DNA from: a virus
Taxonomy: Duplodnaviria; Heunggongvirae; Uroviricota; Caudoviricetes
Length of the DNA: 11,130 nt
Direction: 5' to 3' (one strand)
IMG/VR virus record: IMGVR_UViG_2778261303_000003
Positions 1 through 7,853 of this stretch are shown in pieces; the first letter of the stretch is position 1; each line of letters starts with the position of its first letter. The translations under genes and the position numbers were made by a program. The notes below the pieces were generated by a model, which did not search any database, was not told the origin of the DNA, and was given only the letters and a program-made list of their open reading frames with translations.

Positions 1-135
1 ATGATTGAACAAATTAACATCGCTCTTGAGCAAAAAGGGTCCGGGAATTTCTCAGCCTGGGTCATTGAAGCCTGCCGTCGGAGACTAACGTCAGAAAAGA
101 GAGCATATACATCAATTAAAAGTGATGAAGAATGA
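1..135 (+). CDS. ylcI: YlcI-like small phage protein (DUF3950-type as I recall); 44 codons visible, probably 5'-partial because the window starts here
   Basis: Open frame from base 1 to TGA at 133-135, translating MIEQINIALEQKGSGNFSAWVIEACRRRLTSEKRAYTSIKSDEE; matches the C-terminal part of the DLP12 prophage YlcI as I remember it. Position beside ybcW/ybcV is consistent with DLP12 gene order. Confidence 0.55.
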   Translation: MIEQINIALEQKGSGNFSAWVIEACRRRLTSEKRAYTSIKSDEE

Positions 136-299
136 ACATCCCGCGTTCTTCCCTCCGAACAGGACGATATTGTAAATTCACTTAATTACGAGGGCATTGC
201 AGTAATTGAGTTGCAGTTTTACCACTTTCCTGACAGTGACAGACTGCGTGTTGGCTCTGTCACAGGCTAAATAGTTTGAATGATTAGCAGTTATGGTGA

Positions 300-506
300 T
301 CAGTCAACCACCAGGGAATAATCCTTCATATTATTATCGTGCTTCACCAACGCTGCCTCAATTGCTCTGAATGCTTCCAGAGACACCTTATGTTCTATAC
401 ATGCAATTACAACATCAGGGTAACTCATAGAAATGGTGCTATTAAGCATATTTTTTACACGAATCAGATCCACGGAGGGATCATCAGCAGATTGTTCTTT
501 ATTCAT
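300..506 (-). CDS. ybcW: YbcW-like small prophage protein, function unknown
   Basis: 68-aa ORF with ATG at 506..504 preceded by GGAG (7-nt spacer); translation [20 protein letters not shown]... matches the DLP12 YbcW family from memory. Confidence 0.8.
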
Positions 507-791
507 TTTGTCGCTCCATGCGCTTGCTCTTCATCTAGCGGTTAAAATATTACTTCAAATCTTTCTGTATGAAGATTTGAGCACGTTGGCCTTACATACA
601 TCTGTCGGTTGTATTTCCCTCCAGAATGCCAGCAGGACCGCACTTTGTTACGCAACCAATACTATTAAGTGAAAACATTCCTAATATTTGACATAAATCA
701 TCAACAAAACACAAAGAGGTCAGACCAGATTGAAACGATAAAAACGATAATGCAAACTACGCGCCCTCGTATCACATGGAAGGTTTTACCA

Positions 792-1202
792 ATGGCTCAG
801 GTTGCCATTTTTAAAGAAATATTCGATCAAGTGCGAAAAGATTTAAACTGTGAATTGTTTTATTCTGAACTAAAACGTCACAACGTCTCACATTATATTT
901 ACTATCTAGCCACAGATAATATTCACATCGTGTTAGAAAACGATAACACCGTGTTAATAAAAGGACTTAAAAAGGTTGTAAATGTTAAATTCTCAAGAAA
1001 CACGCATCTTATAGAAACGTCCTATGATAGGTTGAAATCAAGAGAAATCACATTTCAGCAATACAGGGAAAATCTTGCTAAAGCAGGAGTTTTCCGATGG
1101 GTTACAAATATCCATGAACATAAAAGATATTACTATACCTTTGATAATTCATTACTATTTACTGAGAGCATTCAGAACACTACACAAATCTTTCCACGCT
1201 AA
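792..1202 (+). CDS. ybcV: YbcV-like prophage protein (DUF1398-type as I recall), function unknown
   Basis: Long ORF 669..1202; I place the start at the ATG at 792 ([11 protein letters not shown]..., 136 aa) because it has a GGAAGG Shine-Dalgarno 8 nt upstream. The upstream GTG at 669 and ATG at 750 lack a ribosome-binding site. Confidence 0.8.
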   Translation: MAQVAIFKEIFDQVRKDLNCELFYSELKRHNVSHYIYYLATDNIHIVLENDNTVLIKGLKKVVNVKFSRNTHLIETSYDRLKSREITFQQYRENLAKAGVFRWVTNIHEHKRYYYTFDNSLLFTESIQNTTQIFPR

Positions 1203-1492
1203 ATCATAACGTCCGGTTTCTTCCGTGTCAGCACCGGGGCGTTGGCATAATGCAATACGTGTACGCGCTAAACCCTGTGTGCATCGTTTTTAATTATTCC
1301 CGGACACTCCCGCAGAGAAGTTCCCCGTCAGGGCTGTGGACATAGTTAATCCGGGAATACAATGACGATTCATCGCACCTGACATACATTAATAAATATT
1401 AACAATATGAAATTTCAACTCATTGTTTAGGGTTTGTTTAATTTTCTACACATACGATTCTGCGAACTTCAAAAAGCATCGGGAATAACACC

Positions 1493-1786
1493 ATGAAAAA
1501 AATGCTACTCGCTACTGCGCTGGCCCTGCTTATTACAGGATGTGCTCAACAGACGTTTACTGTTCAAAACAAACCGGCAGCAGTAGCACCAAAGGAAACC
1601 ATCACCCATCATTTCTTCGTTTCTGGAATTGGGCAGAAGAAAACTGTCGATGCAGCCAAAATTTGTGGCGGCGCAGAAAATGTTGTTAAAACAGAAACCC
1701 AGCAAACATTCGTAAATGGATTGCTCGGTTTTATTACTTTAGGCATTTATACTCCGCTGGAAGCGCGTGTGTATTGCTCACAATAA
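1493..1786 (+). CDS. bor: Bor outer-membrane lipoprotein (serum-resistance moron of lambda)
   Basis: 97-aa ORF MKKMLLATALALLITGCAQQ... with a lipobox (LITGC); essentially identical to lambda Bor as remembered; convergent with Rz as in lambda. Confidence 0.95.
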   Translation: MKKMLLATALALLITGCAQQTFTVQNKPAAVAPKETITHHFFVSGIGQKKTVDAAKICGGAENVVKTETQQTFVNGLLGFITLGIYTPLEARVYCSQ

Positions 1787-1792
1787 TTGCAT

Positions 1793-1818
1793 GAGTTGCC
1801 CATCGATATGGGCAACTC
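1793..1818. other. Perfect palindrome/hairpin (11-bp stem, 4-nt loop) between convergent bor and Rz
   Basis: GAGTTGCCCAT-cgat-ATGGGCAACTC read directly from the sequence; flanks are not T-rich, so it is not a classical intrinsic terminator. Confidence 0.5.
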
Positions 1819-2279
1819 TATCTGCACTGCTCATTAATATACTTCTGGGTTCCTTCCAGTTGTTTTTGCATAGTGATCAGCCTCTCTCTGAGGGTGAAAT
1901 AATCCCGTTCAGCGGTGTCTGCCAGTCGGGGGGAGGCTGCATTATCCACGCCGGAGGCGGTGGTGGCTTCACGCACTGACTGACAGACTGCTTTGATGTG
2001 CAACCGACGACGACCAGCGGCAACATCATCACGCAGAGCATCATTTTCAGCTTTAGCATCAGCTAACTCCTTCGTGTATTTTGCATCGAGCGCAGCAACA
2101 TCACGCTGACGCATCTGCATGTCAGTAATTGCCGCGTTCGCCAGCTTCAGTTCTCTGGCATTTTTGTCGCGCTGGGCTTTGTAGGTAATGGCGTTATCAC
2201 GGTAATGATTAACAGCCCATGACAGGCAGACGATGATGCAGATAACCAGAGCGGAGATAATCGCGGTTACTCTGTTCAT
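1818..2279 (-). CDS. Rz: Rz i-spanin (inner-membrane spanin subunit)
   Basis: Translation [45 protein letters not shown]... is near-identical to lambda Rz; the ATG at 2279..2277 overlaps the endolysin stop (ATGA). Confidence 0.95.
   Translation of the reverse strand: MNRVTAIISALVICIIVCLSWAVNHYRDNAITYKAQRDKNARELKLANAAITDMQMRQRDVAALDAKYTKELADAKAENDALRDDVAAGRRRLHIKAVCQSVREATTASGVDNAASPRLADTAERDYFTLRERLITMQKQLEGTQKYINEQCR
1877..2059 (-). CDS. Rz1: Rz1 o-spanin (outer-membrane lipoprotein) embedded in the +1 frame of Rz
   Basis: 60-aa [63 protein letters not shown] with a lipobox (VVGC) and proline-rich core; lies entirely inside Rz, as in lambda. Confidence 0.9.
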   Translation of the reverse strand: MLKLKMMLCVMMLPLVVVGCTSKQSVSQCVKPPPPPAWIMQPPPDWQTPLNGIISPSERG

Positions 2280-2773
2280 TGCTGACCCCACAAACAGATT
2301 TCACGCTCAATCTCACGACGAGTCATGAGACCTTTCCATTGCTTACCGCCAGCATATGTCCAGCGACGTAGCTGATCACATGCGCCTTTGATATCGCCCT
2401 GGTTTATTTTGCGAAGAAGCGTCGATGTTCTGAAATTGCCAGCACCCACGTTGTAAACGAATGAGTAAAGAGCGCCGCGCGTTGTTTCCGGTATATCGAC
2501 TTTGATGTACGGGTTAATTTGTCTGGCGACAGTGGCAAGGTCTTTATTCAAGAGTGCTTTGCATTCTGCTTTGGTATACGTTTTACCGAGCATGATGTCT
2601 TTTCCTGTATGCCCGTGACATACAGTCCATACACCAACAATATCTTTATATGGTATGTAGCTGACACCTTCCAGACCATCGTCACCACTCGGACCAGTGA
2701 TGAGCACAGACGCTATGGCAACAGCCCCACCACCAATAGCAGCTGCTACAGCCTTGCGTAATGATGGCGACAT
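2276..2773 (-). CDS. R: SAR endolysin, phage-21 R21-type lysozyme (T4-lysozyme-like muramidase with N-terminal signal-anchor-release domain)
   Basis: 165-aa ORF with a Gly/Ala-rich weakly hydrophobic N-terminus ([20 protein letters not shown]) followed by a catalytic E-x8-D-x5-T signature ([17 protein letters not shown]); its start overlaps the holin stop by one base. Confidence 0.92.
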   Translation of the reverse strand: MSPSLRKAVAAAIGGGAVAIASVLITGPSGDDGLEGVSYIPYKDIVGVWTVCHGHTGKDIMLGKTYTKAECKALLNKDLATVARQINPYIKVDIPETTRGALYSFVYNVGAGNFRTSTLLRKINQGDIKGACDQLRRWTYAGGKQWKGLMTRREIEREICLWGQQ

Positions 2774-2988
2774 TATTCACCTCTCGCAGCCTTACGCTTA
2801 TCTTCTTTAATCTTGAAATAAAGGTTTGTCAGGTACGTCAGCAGGCCAAATACCAGGCTACCCAGCACTCCAATTGCCGCCCACTGTGAGGGCGTGACTT
2901 TATCTAGCAGCTGTAAAAACCAGTACCCGGCACTACCTGCTGAGGTGCCATAGGCGACACCCGTTGTTAACTTATCCATGGATTTCAT
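2773..2988 (-). CDS. S: Pinholin, phage-21 S21-type, with dual-start motif (antiholin from Met1, holin from Met4)
   Basis: 71-aa [29 protein letters not shown]... with two transmembrane segments and a charged C-terminus; GAGGTGGGG Shine-Dalgarno upstream; M-K-S-M dual start as in S21. Confidence 0.9.
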
Positions 2989-3100
2989 AACCCCACCTCG
3001 CAGACAAAGCGGGTGTAAATTGAGGGAATACTACGAAACGTAACAGACTCGGAGTCAGTGAATAACTCAGGTATTGGGTTATCAGCTAATATCGAGACTC

Positions 3101-3133
3101 AAAAAATGGAAAAACCCGCTCGACGGCGGGTTT
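3101..3133 (-). terminator. Putative intrinsic terminator hairpin (better on the - strand) between the porin promoter region and the holin
   Basis: AAACCCGC-tcgacg-GCGGGTTT stem-loop at 3112-3133; on the - strand it is followed by TTCCATTTTTT, on the + strand only by TTTAAG. Confidence 0.45.
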
Positions 3134-3561
3134 AAGCTGTGTGACGAAGTAACCACTCTTAACAGCATAACCAATTTTTTACGTACGTAAACCACTAAAT
3201 GATATTTGCGAGAATGCTACCGAGTATTGAAAACACCACTACAAATACATAAGCAAATCTCAACAAATAACCAACAAATAATTTCCAGCGTTATTTTTAG
3301 TCAATTTAAATTGAACCTTCAAATTATAGAGCACTTATAAATAACAGCCATTAATATAAATTGGCTAATAGATTTATTTTTATTCAGTCAAGAGCCATGA
3401 ATAGGATTCGATAGAAAAAAGTTCAGATAAAAATAGAGATCTACTTCACAAATCAAACGAGAAACCAAAACTTACATCTTGAAATATTCACATTGATTAG
3501 ATGAATATTTATCGCGCAGTGACATCATTTTTTAATAATAGTTCAAAAAAAAGGGCTCACG

Positions 3562-4644
3562 ATGAAAAAATTAACAGTGGCAATTTCTGCTGTAGCTGCA
3601 TCAGTACTGATGGCGATGTCTGCTCAGGCAGCTGAAATTTATAATAAAGACAGTAACAAGCTGGATCTGTACGGGAAAGTTAATGCTAAGCACTACTTCT
3701 CCTCTAATGATGCAGATGATGGTGATACTACTTATGCCCGTCTTGGCTTCAAAGGTGAAACCCAAATCAACGATCAACTGACTGGTTTCGGTCAGTGGGA
3801 ATATGAATTCAAAGGCAACCGCGCTGAATCTCAAGGTTCCTCCAAAGATAAAACCCGTCTTGCCTTCGCTGGCCTGAAATTCGGTGACTACGGCTCCATC
3901 GATTACGGCCGTAACTACGGTGTAGCATACGACATCGGTGCATGGACCGACGTTCTGCCAGAATTCGGTGGCGATACCTGGACCCAAACAGATGTATTCA
4001 TGACTGGTCGCACCACAGGTGTTGCAACTTATCGTAACAACGACTTCTTTGGTCTGGTTGATGGCCTGAACTTTGCAGCTCAGTATCAGGGCAAAAATGA
4101 CCGAAATGAAGTAACTGAAGCTAATGGCGATGGTTTCGGTTTCTCAACTACTTATGAGTATGAAGGATTCGGCGTGGGTGCAACCTATGCTAAATCTGAT
4201 CGCACTAATAATCAGGTTATCTACGGTAACAACGGTCTGAATGCTTCTGGTCAAAATGCTGAAGTATGGGCAGCTGGTCTGAAATATGATGCGAACAACA
4301 TCTATCTGGCCACCACCTATTCTGAAACCCAGAACATGACTGTTTTTGGTAATAACCATATTGCCAACAAAGCACAAAACTTCGAAGTAGTTGCACAATA
4401 TCAGTTCGACTTCGGTCTGCGTCCGTCCGTTGCTTATCTGCAATCTAAAGGAAAAGACTTGGGTGCTTGGGGTGATCAGGACCTGGTTGAATATATTGAT
4501 GTAGGTGCAACCTATTACTTCAACAAAAATATGTCCACTTTTGTTGACTACAAAATCAACCTGATTGATAAGAGCGATTTCACGAAAGCATCTGGCGTTG
4601 CTACCGATGATATCGTTGCTGTAGGTATGGTTTACCAGTTCTAA
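3562..4644 (+). CDS. nmpC: OmpC/OmpF-family general porin, prophage-encoded (NmpC/Lc-like moron)
   Basis: 360-aa ORF with a typical signal peptide ([23 protein letters not shown]), porin motifs throughout and C-terminal ...VGMVYQF; sits between Q and the lysis genes in the opposite orientation, as nmpC does in DLP12. Confidence 0.92.
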   Translation: MKKLTVAISAVAASVLMAMSAQAAEIYNKDSNKLDLYGKVNAKHYFSSNDADDGDTTYARLGFKGETQINDQLTGFGQWEYEFKGNRAESQGSSKDKTRLAFAGLKFGDYGSIDYGRNYGVAYDIGAWTDVLPEFGGDTWTQTDVFMTGRTTGVATYRNNDFFGLVDGLNFAAQYQGKNDRNEVTEANGDGFGFSTTYEYEGFGVGATYAKSDRTNNQVIYGNNGLNASGQNAEVWAAGLKYDANNIYLATTYSETQNMTVFGNNHIANKAQNFEVVAQYQFDFGLRPSVAYLQSKGKDLGAWGDQDLVEYIDVGATYYFNKNMSTFVDYKINLIDKSDFTKASGVATDDIVAVGMVYQF

Positions 4645-4832
4645 TTTGATTACTAAAAGATATGTTGTGGGAGGCTTTGCCTCCCCAACATATAAGTGGC
4701 TCCCTCAAGCCACTTCCTTTAGAAGCACAACCTTGCTTCTAACTATATAAACCTTCTGTTATATATTACCCTTTATTTTTGGGGGCGTTTCAACGCCCCA
4801 TTTTTAATAACTTTTAGTAAATAATTGGCATA
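4645..4832. promoter_or_regulatory. Q-to-porin intergenic region: expected site of the late promoter/qut/tR'-like element (- strand) and of the porin 3' UTR with a possible IpeX-like sRNA (+ strand)
   Basis: Two strong hairpins seen: GGGAGGC-ttt-GCCTCCC (about 4669-4685; on the - strand followed by ACATATCTTTT) and GGGGCGTT-tc-AACGCCCC (4782-4799; on the + strand followed by ATTTTTAA). Placement immediately downstream of Q matches the lambdoid late-control region; exact promoter boxes were not confidently identified. Confidence 0.45.
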
Positions 4833-5216
4833 TTAATTAGAGTTATTAACAACGATATCCATCTCTAACCGGATATCTAATGCCATTAACATCCCTTCAA
4901 TTATACCCTCAGCCTTCTGTAACCTTTTCCCGATATAACCATCAGAGCAGCAATGCTTACCTGCCAGTGACATGAATGTCATACCGACTACATAATAATC
5001 TACTAATAAATCGTGCAAATCGCTGTTGTTCTTTTTCAGACGGGCCATGCACCCGCAAATGATCATCGCGTCATCGTCACAACATTGCGGGCGAGATTTT
5101 ACTTTTGAAGGAATTAATCCCTTAAAACCGGCGGCAATGGACGACCAGGTCACATCTTCATGATTATTAGCCGCCCACGCTCCCCAACGCTCAAGAACCA
5201 TCTGAATATCACGCAT
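4833..5216 (-). CDS. quuD: Late-gene antiterminator Q (DLP12 QuuD / phage-82-like type)
   Basis: Translation [24 protein letters not shown]... with cysteine cluster ([12 protein letters not shown] ... HCCSDG); ATG at 5216 preceded by GGAG; the longer track ORF begins at an upstream TTG. Confidence 0.9.
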   Translation of the reverse strand: MRDIQMVLERWGAWAANNHEDVTWSSIAAGFKGLIPSKVKSRPQCCDDDAMIICGCMARLKKNNSDLHDLLVDYYVVGMTFMSLAGKHCCSDGYIGKRLQKAEGIIEGMLMALDIRLEMDIVVNNSN

Positions 5217-5301
5217 CAACTTACTCCACAAAAATCAGACCAGAACGCCAATTACAAGCAAAAATCAACAAAACAGTATTAGTTGATTGTTATCTCTGAC
5301 T

Positions 5302-5439
5302 TCATACTCCTGCTCCTGTCAGGGTTTTGGCGTAATTCTTCAGTATTCGGTAATCGGTCAAAACAGAACCGGGGAAACGATATAAGCGCAGGCGCACCCA
5401 GCGGCGGCGAAGACGCTCTGCCATATAAGACTCAAACAT
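5302..5439 (-). CDS. ylcG: Small basic protein YlcG-like (45 aa), function unknown
   Basis: Not in the ORF track (under 60 aa); hand translation from the ATG at 5439..5437 gives [45 protein letters not shown] then TGA at 5304..5302. Its start overlaps the rusA stop (TGATG), and it sits between rusA and Q as in DLP12. Confidence 0.6.
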   Translation of the reverse strand: MFESYMAERLRRRWVRLRLYRFPGSVLTDYRILKNYAKTLTGAGV

Positions 5440-5801
5440 CATTCATCTCCCAGTTCGGTGATGGTCAGTTCCAGCCTCCCACCTTTGGTAACAGGCATCT
5501 TCACAACGCGGTAATCAACGACCTGAGCATCATCCAGCCAGAAACCTGCTTTAGTGAGTGCGTCAAAAGCGGCTTTTTGCAGATTATCCAGGTCACGGCG
5601 ACGGCGATCCGGCATGTGGCACTCAATGCGGATTTTCACAGGCATAGCCAGGCCGATATCCAGCATTGCGTTTTTAATGATTCGGGCGACGTTATCGCGG
5701 TATGCCTGCCCTTCTGCGCTGATGTGCGTGCGCCCGCGATTATGCCGGTAGTAGCGGTTATTGCTCGGAGGCCAGGGTAATGTGATGCTGTAGGTATTCA
5801 C
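5439..5801 (-). CDS. rusA: RusA Holliday-junction resolvase (crossover junction endodeoxyribonuclease)
   Basis: 120-aa [29 protein letters not shown]... matching RusA; the initiation codon here is GTG (5801..5799), overlapping the stop of the ybcO remnant (GTGA). Confidence 0.93.
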   Translation of the reverse strand: MNTYSITLPWPPSNNRYYRHNRGRTHISAEGQAYRDNVARIIKNAMLDIGLAMPVKIRIECHMPDRRRRDLDNLQKAAFDALTKAGFWLDDAQVVDYRVVKMPVTKGGRLELTITELGDE

Positions 5802-5926
5802 GCCTTAATAACCCCCTCTTTCAGCCAGATAACCTGTGTTCTCGCCATACCTTCCAGCGCGCATTCTTTTGCATATGCAGCATCGACTTGCTTGGCATGC
5901 CCTTTACCGGCAATCTTCTGTATGCG
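5798..5926 (-). pseudogene. ybcO: 3' remnant of a ybcO-like gene (DUF1364-type); N-terminal part missing
   Basis: Hand translation of the frame ending at TGA 5800..5798 gives ...[42 protein letters not shown], matching the YbcO C-terminus as remembered, but in-frame TAG codons at 5929..5927 and 5935..5933 and no plausible start leave only about 42 codons. Confidence 0.55.
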
Positions 5927-6007
5927 CTAAACCTAGATAGAATCCACTCTGTGCATATTGAAGCCCGCTCTATGCTTCCTTTCAGGTATTGAAGGGATTG
6001 AGATGGG

Positions 6008-6355
6008 CTAAGCATTATTGGCCTCCTGCATCAGGAGAAAGACAATCATGGCGGCGCGGAGAGGTCTGGTATCAAATATTGGGCTTACGCCTTTTGCATC
6101 CACACACCATTCAGTTAACTGGTCTAAGATAGAAATCCTGTATTTCTCAATAATCGGCCATGAAGCGCTCGGATCATTGCAGTAGTCAGGCAAATGATTT
6201 AATGGCTCAAAAGTTGTATCAGCATTTCCGTAATACCATTTGTTGGTGTTATTCCCTGATGTTTCCGGTTTACTTGCCCAAAGGCCTTTAAAAATTATGT
6301 CTCCTACCATTCTGTTAATTTCAAAATCACTTAACTGTGAATAATCCATTGTCAT
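6008..6355 (-). CDS. Uncharacterized nin-region phage protein (about 114-116 aa); family not recognised with certainty
   Basis: ORF 6008..6391; likely start at the ATG at 6355 (ATGA overlap with the ninE stop) or the ATG at 6349 (GAGG 8 nt upstream). Translation [62 protein letters not shown]... No catalytic motif recognised. Confidence 0.7.
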   Translation of the reverse strand: MTMDYSQLSDFEINRMVGDIIFKGLWASKPETSGNNTNKWYYGNADTTFEPLNHLPDYCNDPSASWPIIEKYRISILDQLTEWCVDAKGVSPIFDTRPLRAAMIVFLLMQEANNA

Positions 6356-6528
6356 TTCCTCGCACGATATCTTAGCCACCGGATATCCCACAGGTGAGCT
6401 GTGTAATTGAAGGTTTTTACGTCAGATTCTTTTGGGATTGGCTTGCGTTTATTTCTGGAGCGTTTCGTTGGAAGGTATTTGCAGTTTTCGCAGATGATGT
6501 CGGTGAAACTTCGTCGCTGTCGCCTCAT
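6352..6528 (-). CDS. ninE: NinE-like protein
   Basis: 58-aa product from the ATG at 6528..6526: [58 protein letters not shown], closely resembling lambda NinE; the start overlaps the methyltransferase stop (ATGA). Confidence 0.85.
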   Translation of the reverse strand: MRRQRRSFTDIICENCKYLPTKRSRNKRKPIPKESDVKTFNYTAHLWDIRWLRYRARK

Positions 6529-7052
6529 GCCGCCCTCCTGACGCCCTGCCCGATCGCCATCAATGCCGCTTTGGATACGGTAGTAAACATCCGTCGAGGA
6601 CTGATGAACGGTCGCCAAATCAGCAGCATGGAGCCTTTGCTGTTTCCCTTCTTCTCCAGCCCTGTCGATGGTTCGATAAAATTAATCCGTCCATCAGTGA
6701 TAATGCGAACTTCGTCGACACTCTCCAGAGCCTTGCTGAACCATCCGACTGACATATCCTCTGGCACAAGCATAACTACCGTCTGTCGCTGTTGTATGCA
6801 CTGCTCAGCGGCTTTTTCCACCCACGGCCTGATATTGCTGTACGGTGGGTTATTCCAGATTGCACCGTGGCTTACCCACTCAGAATTGAGCGCGTCGTCG
6901 GCCTCAGTTAGCCAGTGAGCACACAGAGCATTTTTGTCGCTCGCTGCCGAATCCAGCCAGAATCCAAACTCAATATCCAGTGCATCAAAAAGCCAAAGCG
7001 GCGTTTGCCAGCAGTCCTTGTCGTGTGCTGGCGTATTTGATTTGATAGTCAT
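6525..7052 (-). CDS. Phage Dam-type DNA N6-adenine methyltransferase (small orphan MTase, no adjacent restriction gene)
   Basis: 175-aa product from the ATG at 7052 ([26 protein letters not shown]...), containing the NPPY catalytic motif ([14 protein letters not shown]); its start overlaps the ninB stop (ATGA). Confidence 0.85.
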   Translation of the reverse strand: MTIKSNTPAHDKDCWQTPLWLFDALDIEFGFWLDSAASDKNALCAHWLTEADDALNSEWVSHGAIWNNPPYSNIRPWVEKAAEQCIQQRQTVVMLVPEDMSVGWFSKALESVDEVRIITDGRINFIEPSTGLEKKGNSKGSMLLIWRPFISPRRMFTTVSKAALMAIGQGVRRAA

Positions 7053-7489
7053 GCAGCCCGATCTCCCCATCTCGCTTTCCACTCCAGAGCCAGTCTCGCT
7101 TCGTCTGACCACTTAACGCCACGCTCTGTACCGAATGCCTGTATAAGCTCTAATAGCTCCGCAAATTCGCCTACACGCATCCTGCTGGTTGACTGGCCTA
7201 TTACCACAAAGCCATTCCCGGCAAGGTTAGGAACAACATCCTGCTGCTTTAATGCTGCGGTAAACACACACTTCCAGCTTTCTGCATCCAGCCAGCGACC
7301 ATGCCATTCAACCTGACGAGAGACGTCACCTAAGCAGGCCCATAGCTTCCTGTTTTGGTCTAAGCTGCGGTTGCGTTCCTGAATGGTTACTACGATTGGT
7401 TTGGTTGGGTCTGGAAGGATTTGCTGTACTGCGTGAATAGCGTTTTGCTGATGTGCTGGAGATCGAATTTCAAAGGTTAGTTTTTTCAT
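7049..7489 (-). CDS. ninB: NinB (Orf family recombination mediator)
   Basis: Translation from the ATG at 7489: MKKLTFEIRSPAHQQNAIHAVQQILPDPTKPIVVTIQERNRSLDQNRKLW..., matching lambda NinB. Confidence 0.93.
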   Translation of the reverse strand: MKKLTFEIRSPAHQQNAIHAVQQILPDPTKPIVVTIQERNRSLDQNRKLWACLGDVSRQVEWHGRWLDAESWKCVFTAALKQQDVVPNLAGNGFVVIGQSTSRMRVGEFAELLELIQAFGTERGVKWSDEARLALEWKARWGDRAA

Positions 7490-7504
7490 GACTTCCCTCT
7501 CCCC

Positions 7505-7537
7505 CAAATAAAAAGGCCTGCGATTACCAGCAGGCCT
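7505..7537 (-). terminator. Intrinsic terminator between ren and ninB (tR2-like)
   Basis: AGGCCTGC-gattacca-GCAGGCCT 8-bp stem (7514-7537); on the - strand it is followed by TTTTATTTGGGGG. Position between ren and ninB matches lambda tR2. Confidence 0.7.
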
Positions 7538-7562
7538 GTTATTAGCTCAGTAATGTAGATGG

Positions 7563-7853
7563 TCATCTTTTAACTCCATATACCGCCAATACCCGTTTCA
7601 TCGCGGCACTCTGGCGACACTCCTTAAAAATCAGGTTCGTGCTCATCTTTCCTTCCCGTTCTTCCCTGGTAGCAAACCGGTAATACACCGTTCGCCAGAC
7701 CTTACCTTCGATAACCAGAAGACCTGCCCGTGCCATTTTAGCCGCGGCCTGATTTATGCTGGTTACTGTTGCGCCTGTTAGCGCGGCAACGTCCGGCGCA
7801 CAGAAGCTATTATGCGTCCCCAGGTAATGAATAATTGCCTCTTTGCCCGTCAT
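7563..7853 (-). CDS. ren: Ren (Rex-exclusion protection protein)
   Basis: 96-aa ORF MTGKEAIIHYLGTHNSFCAPDVAALTGATVTSINQAAAKMARAG..., matching lambda Ren; ATGA overlap with the P stop. Confidence 0.95.
   Translation of the reverse strand: MTGKEAIIHYLGTHNSFCAPDVAALTGATVTSINQAAAKMARAGLLVIEGKVWRTVYYRFATREEREGKMSTNLIFKECRQSAAMKRVLAVYGVKR

Noticed and set aside
339-672. Track ORFs 339..545 (+) and 433..672 (+)
   Set aside because: They overlap ybcW on the opposite strand and extend into the divergent promoter region; Cys/Ser-rich low-complexity translations.
1505-2761. Track ORFs 1505..1705 (-), 1767..1979 (+) and 2519..2761 (+)
   Set aside because: Antisense to bor, Rz and the endolysin respectively; only Rz1, embedded in-strand within Rz, is accepted as a genuine overlapping gene.
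3601-4443. Track ORFs 3601..3987 (-) and 4144..4443 (-) inside the porin gene
   Set aside because: Antisense to a strongly supported porin CDS; no ribosome-binding sites and low-complexity translations; most likely spurious.
5283-5780. Track ORFs 5283..5780 (+) and 5554..5751 (+)
   Set aside because: They overlap rusA and ylcG on the opposite strand; Arg/Ser-rich translations typical of antisense reading of GC-rich coding sequence.
5821-6015. 64-aa ORF on the - strand overlapping the ybcO remnant in another frame
   Set aside because: It spans a recombination junction, has no recognisable similarity and no convincing Shine-Dalgarno; more likely a by-product of the truncated ybcO region. Kept as low-probability.
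6394-7116. Track ORFs 6394..6918 (+) and 6934..7116 (+)
   Set aside because: Antisense to the methyltransferase, ninE and ninB CDSs, which are supported by motifs and translational coupling.
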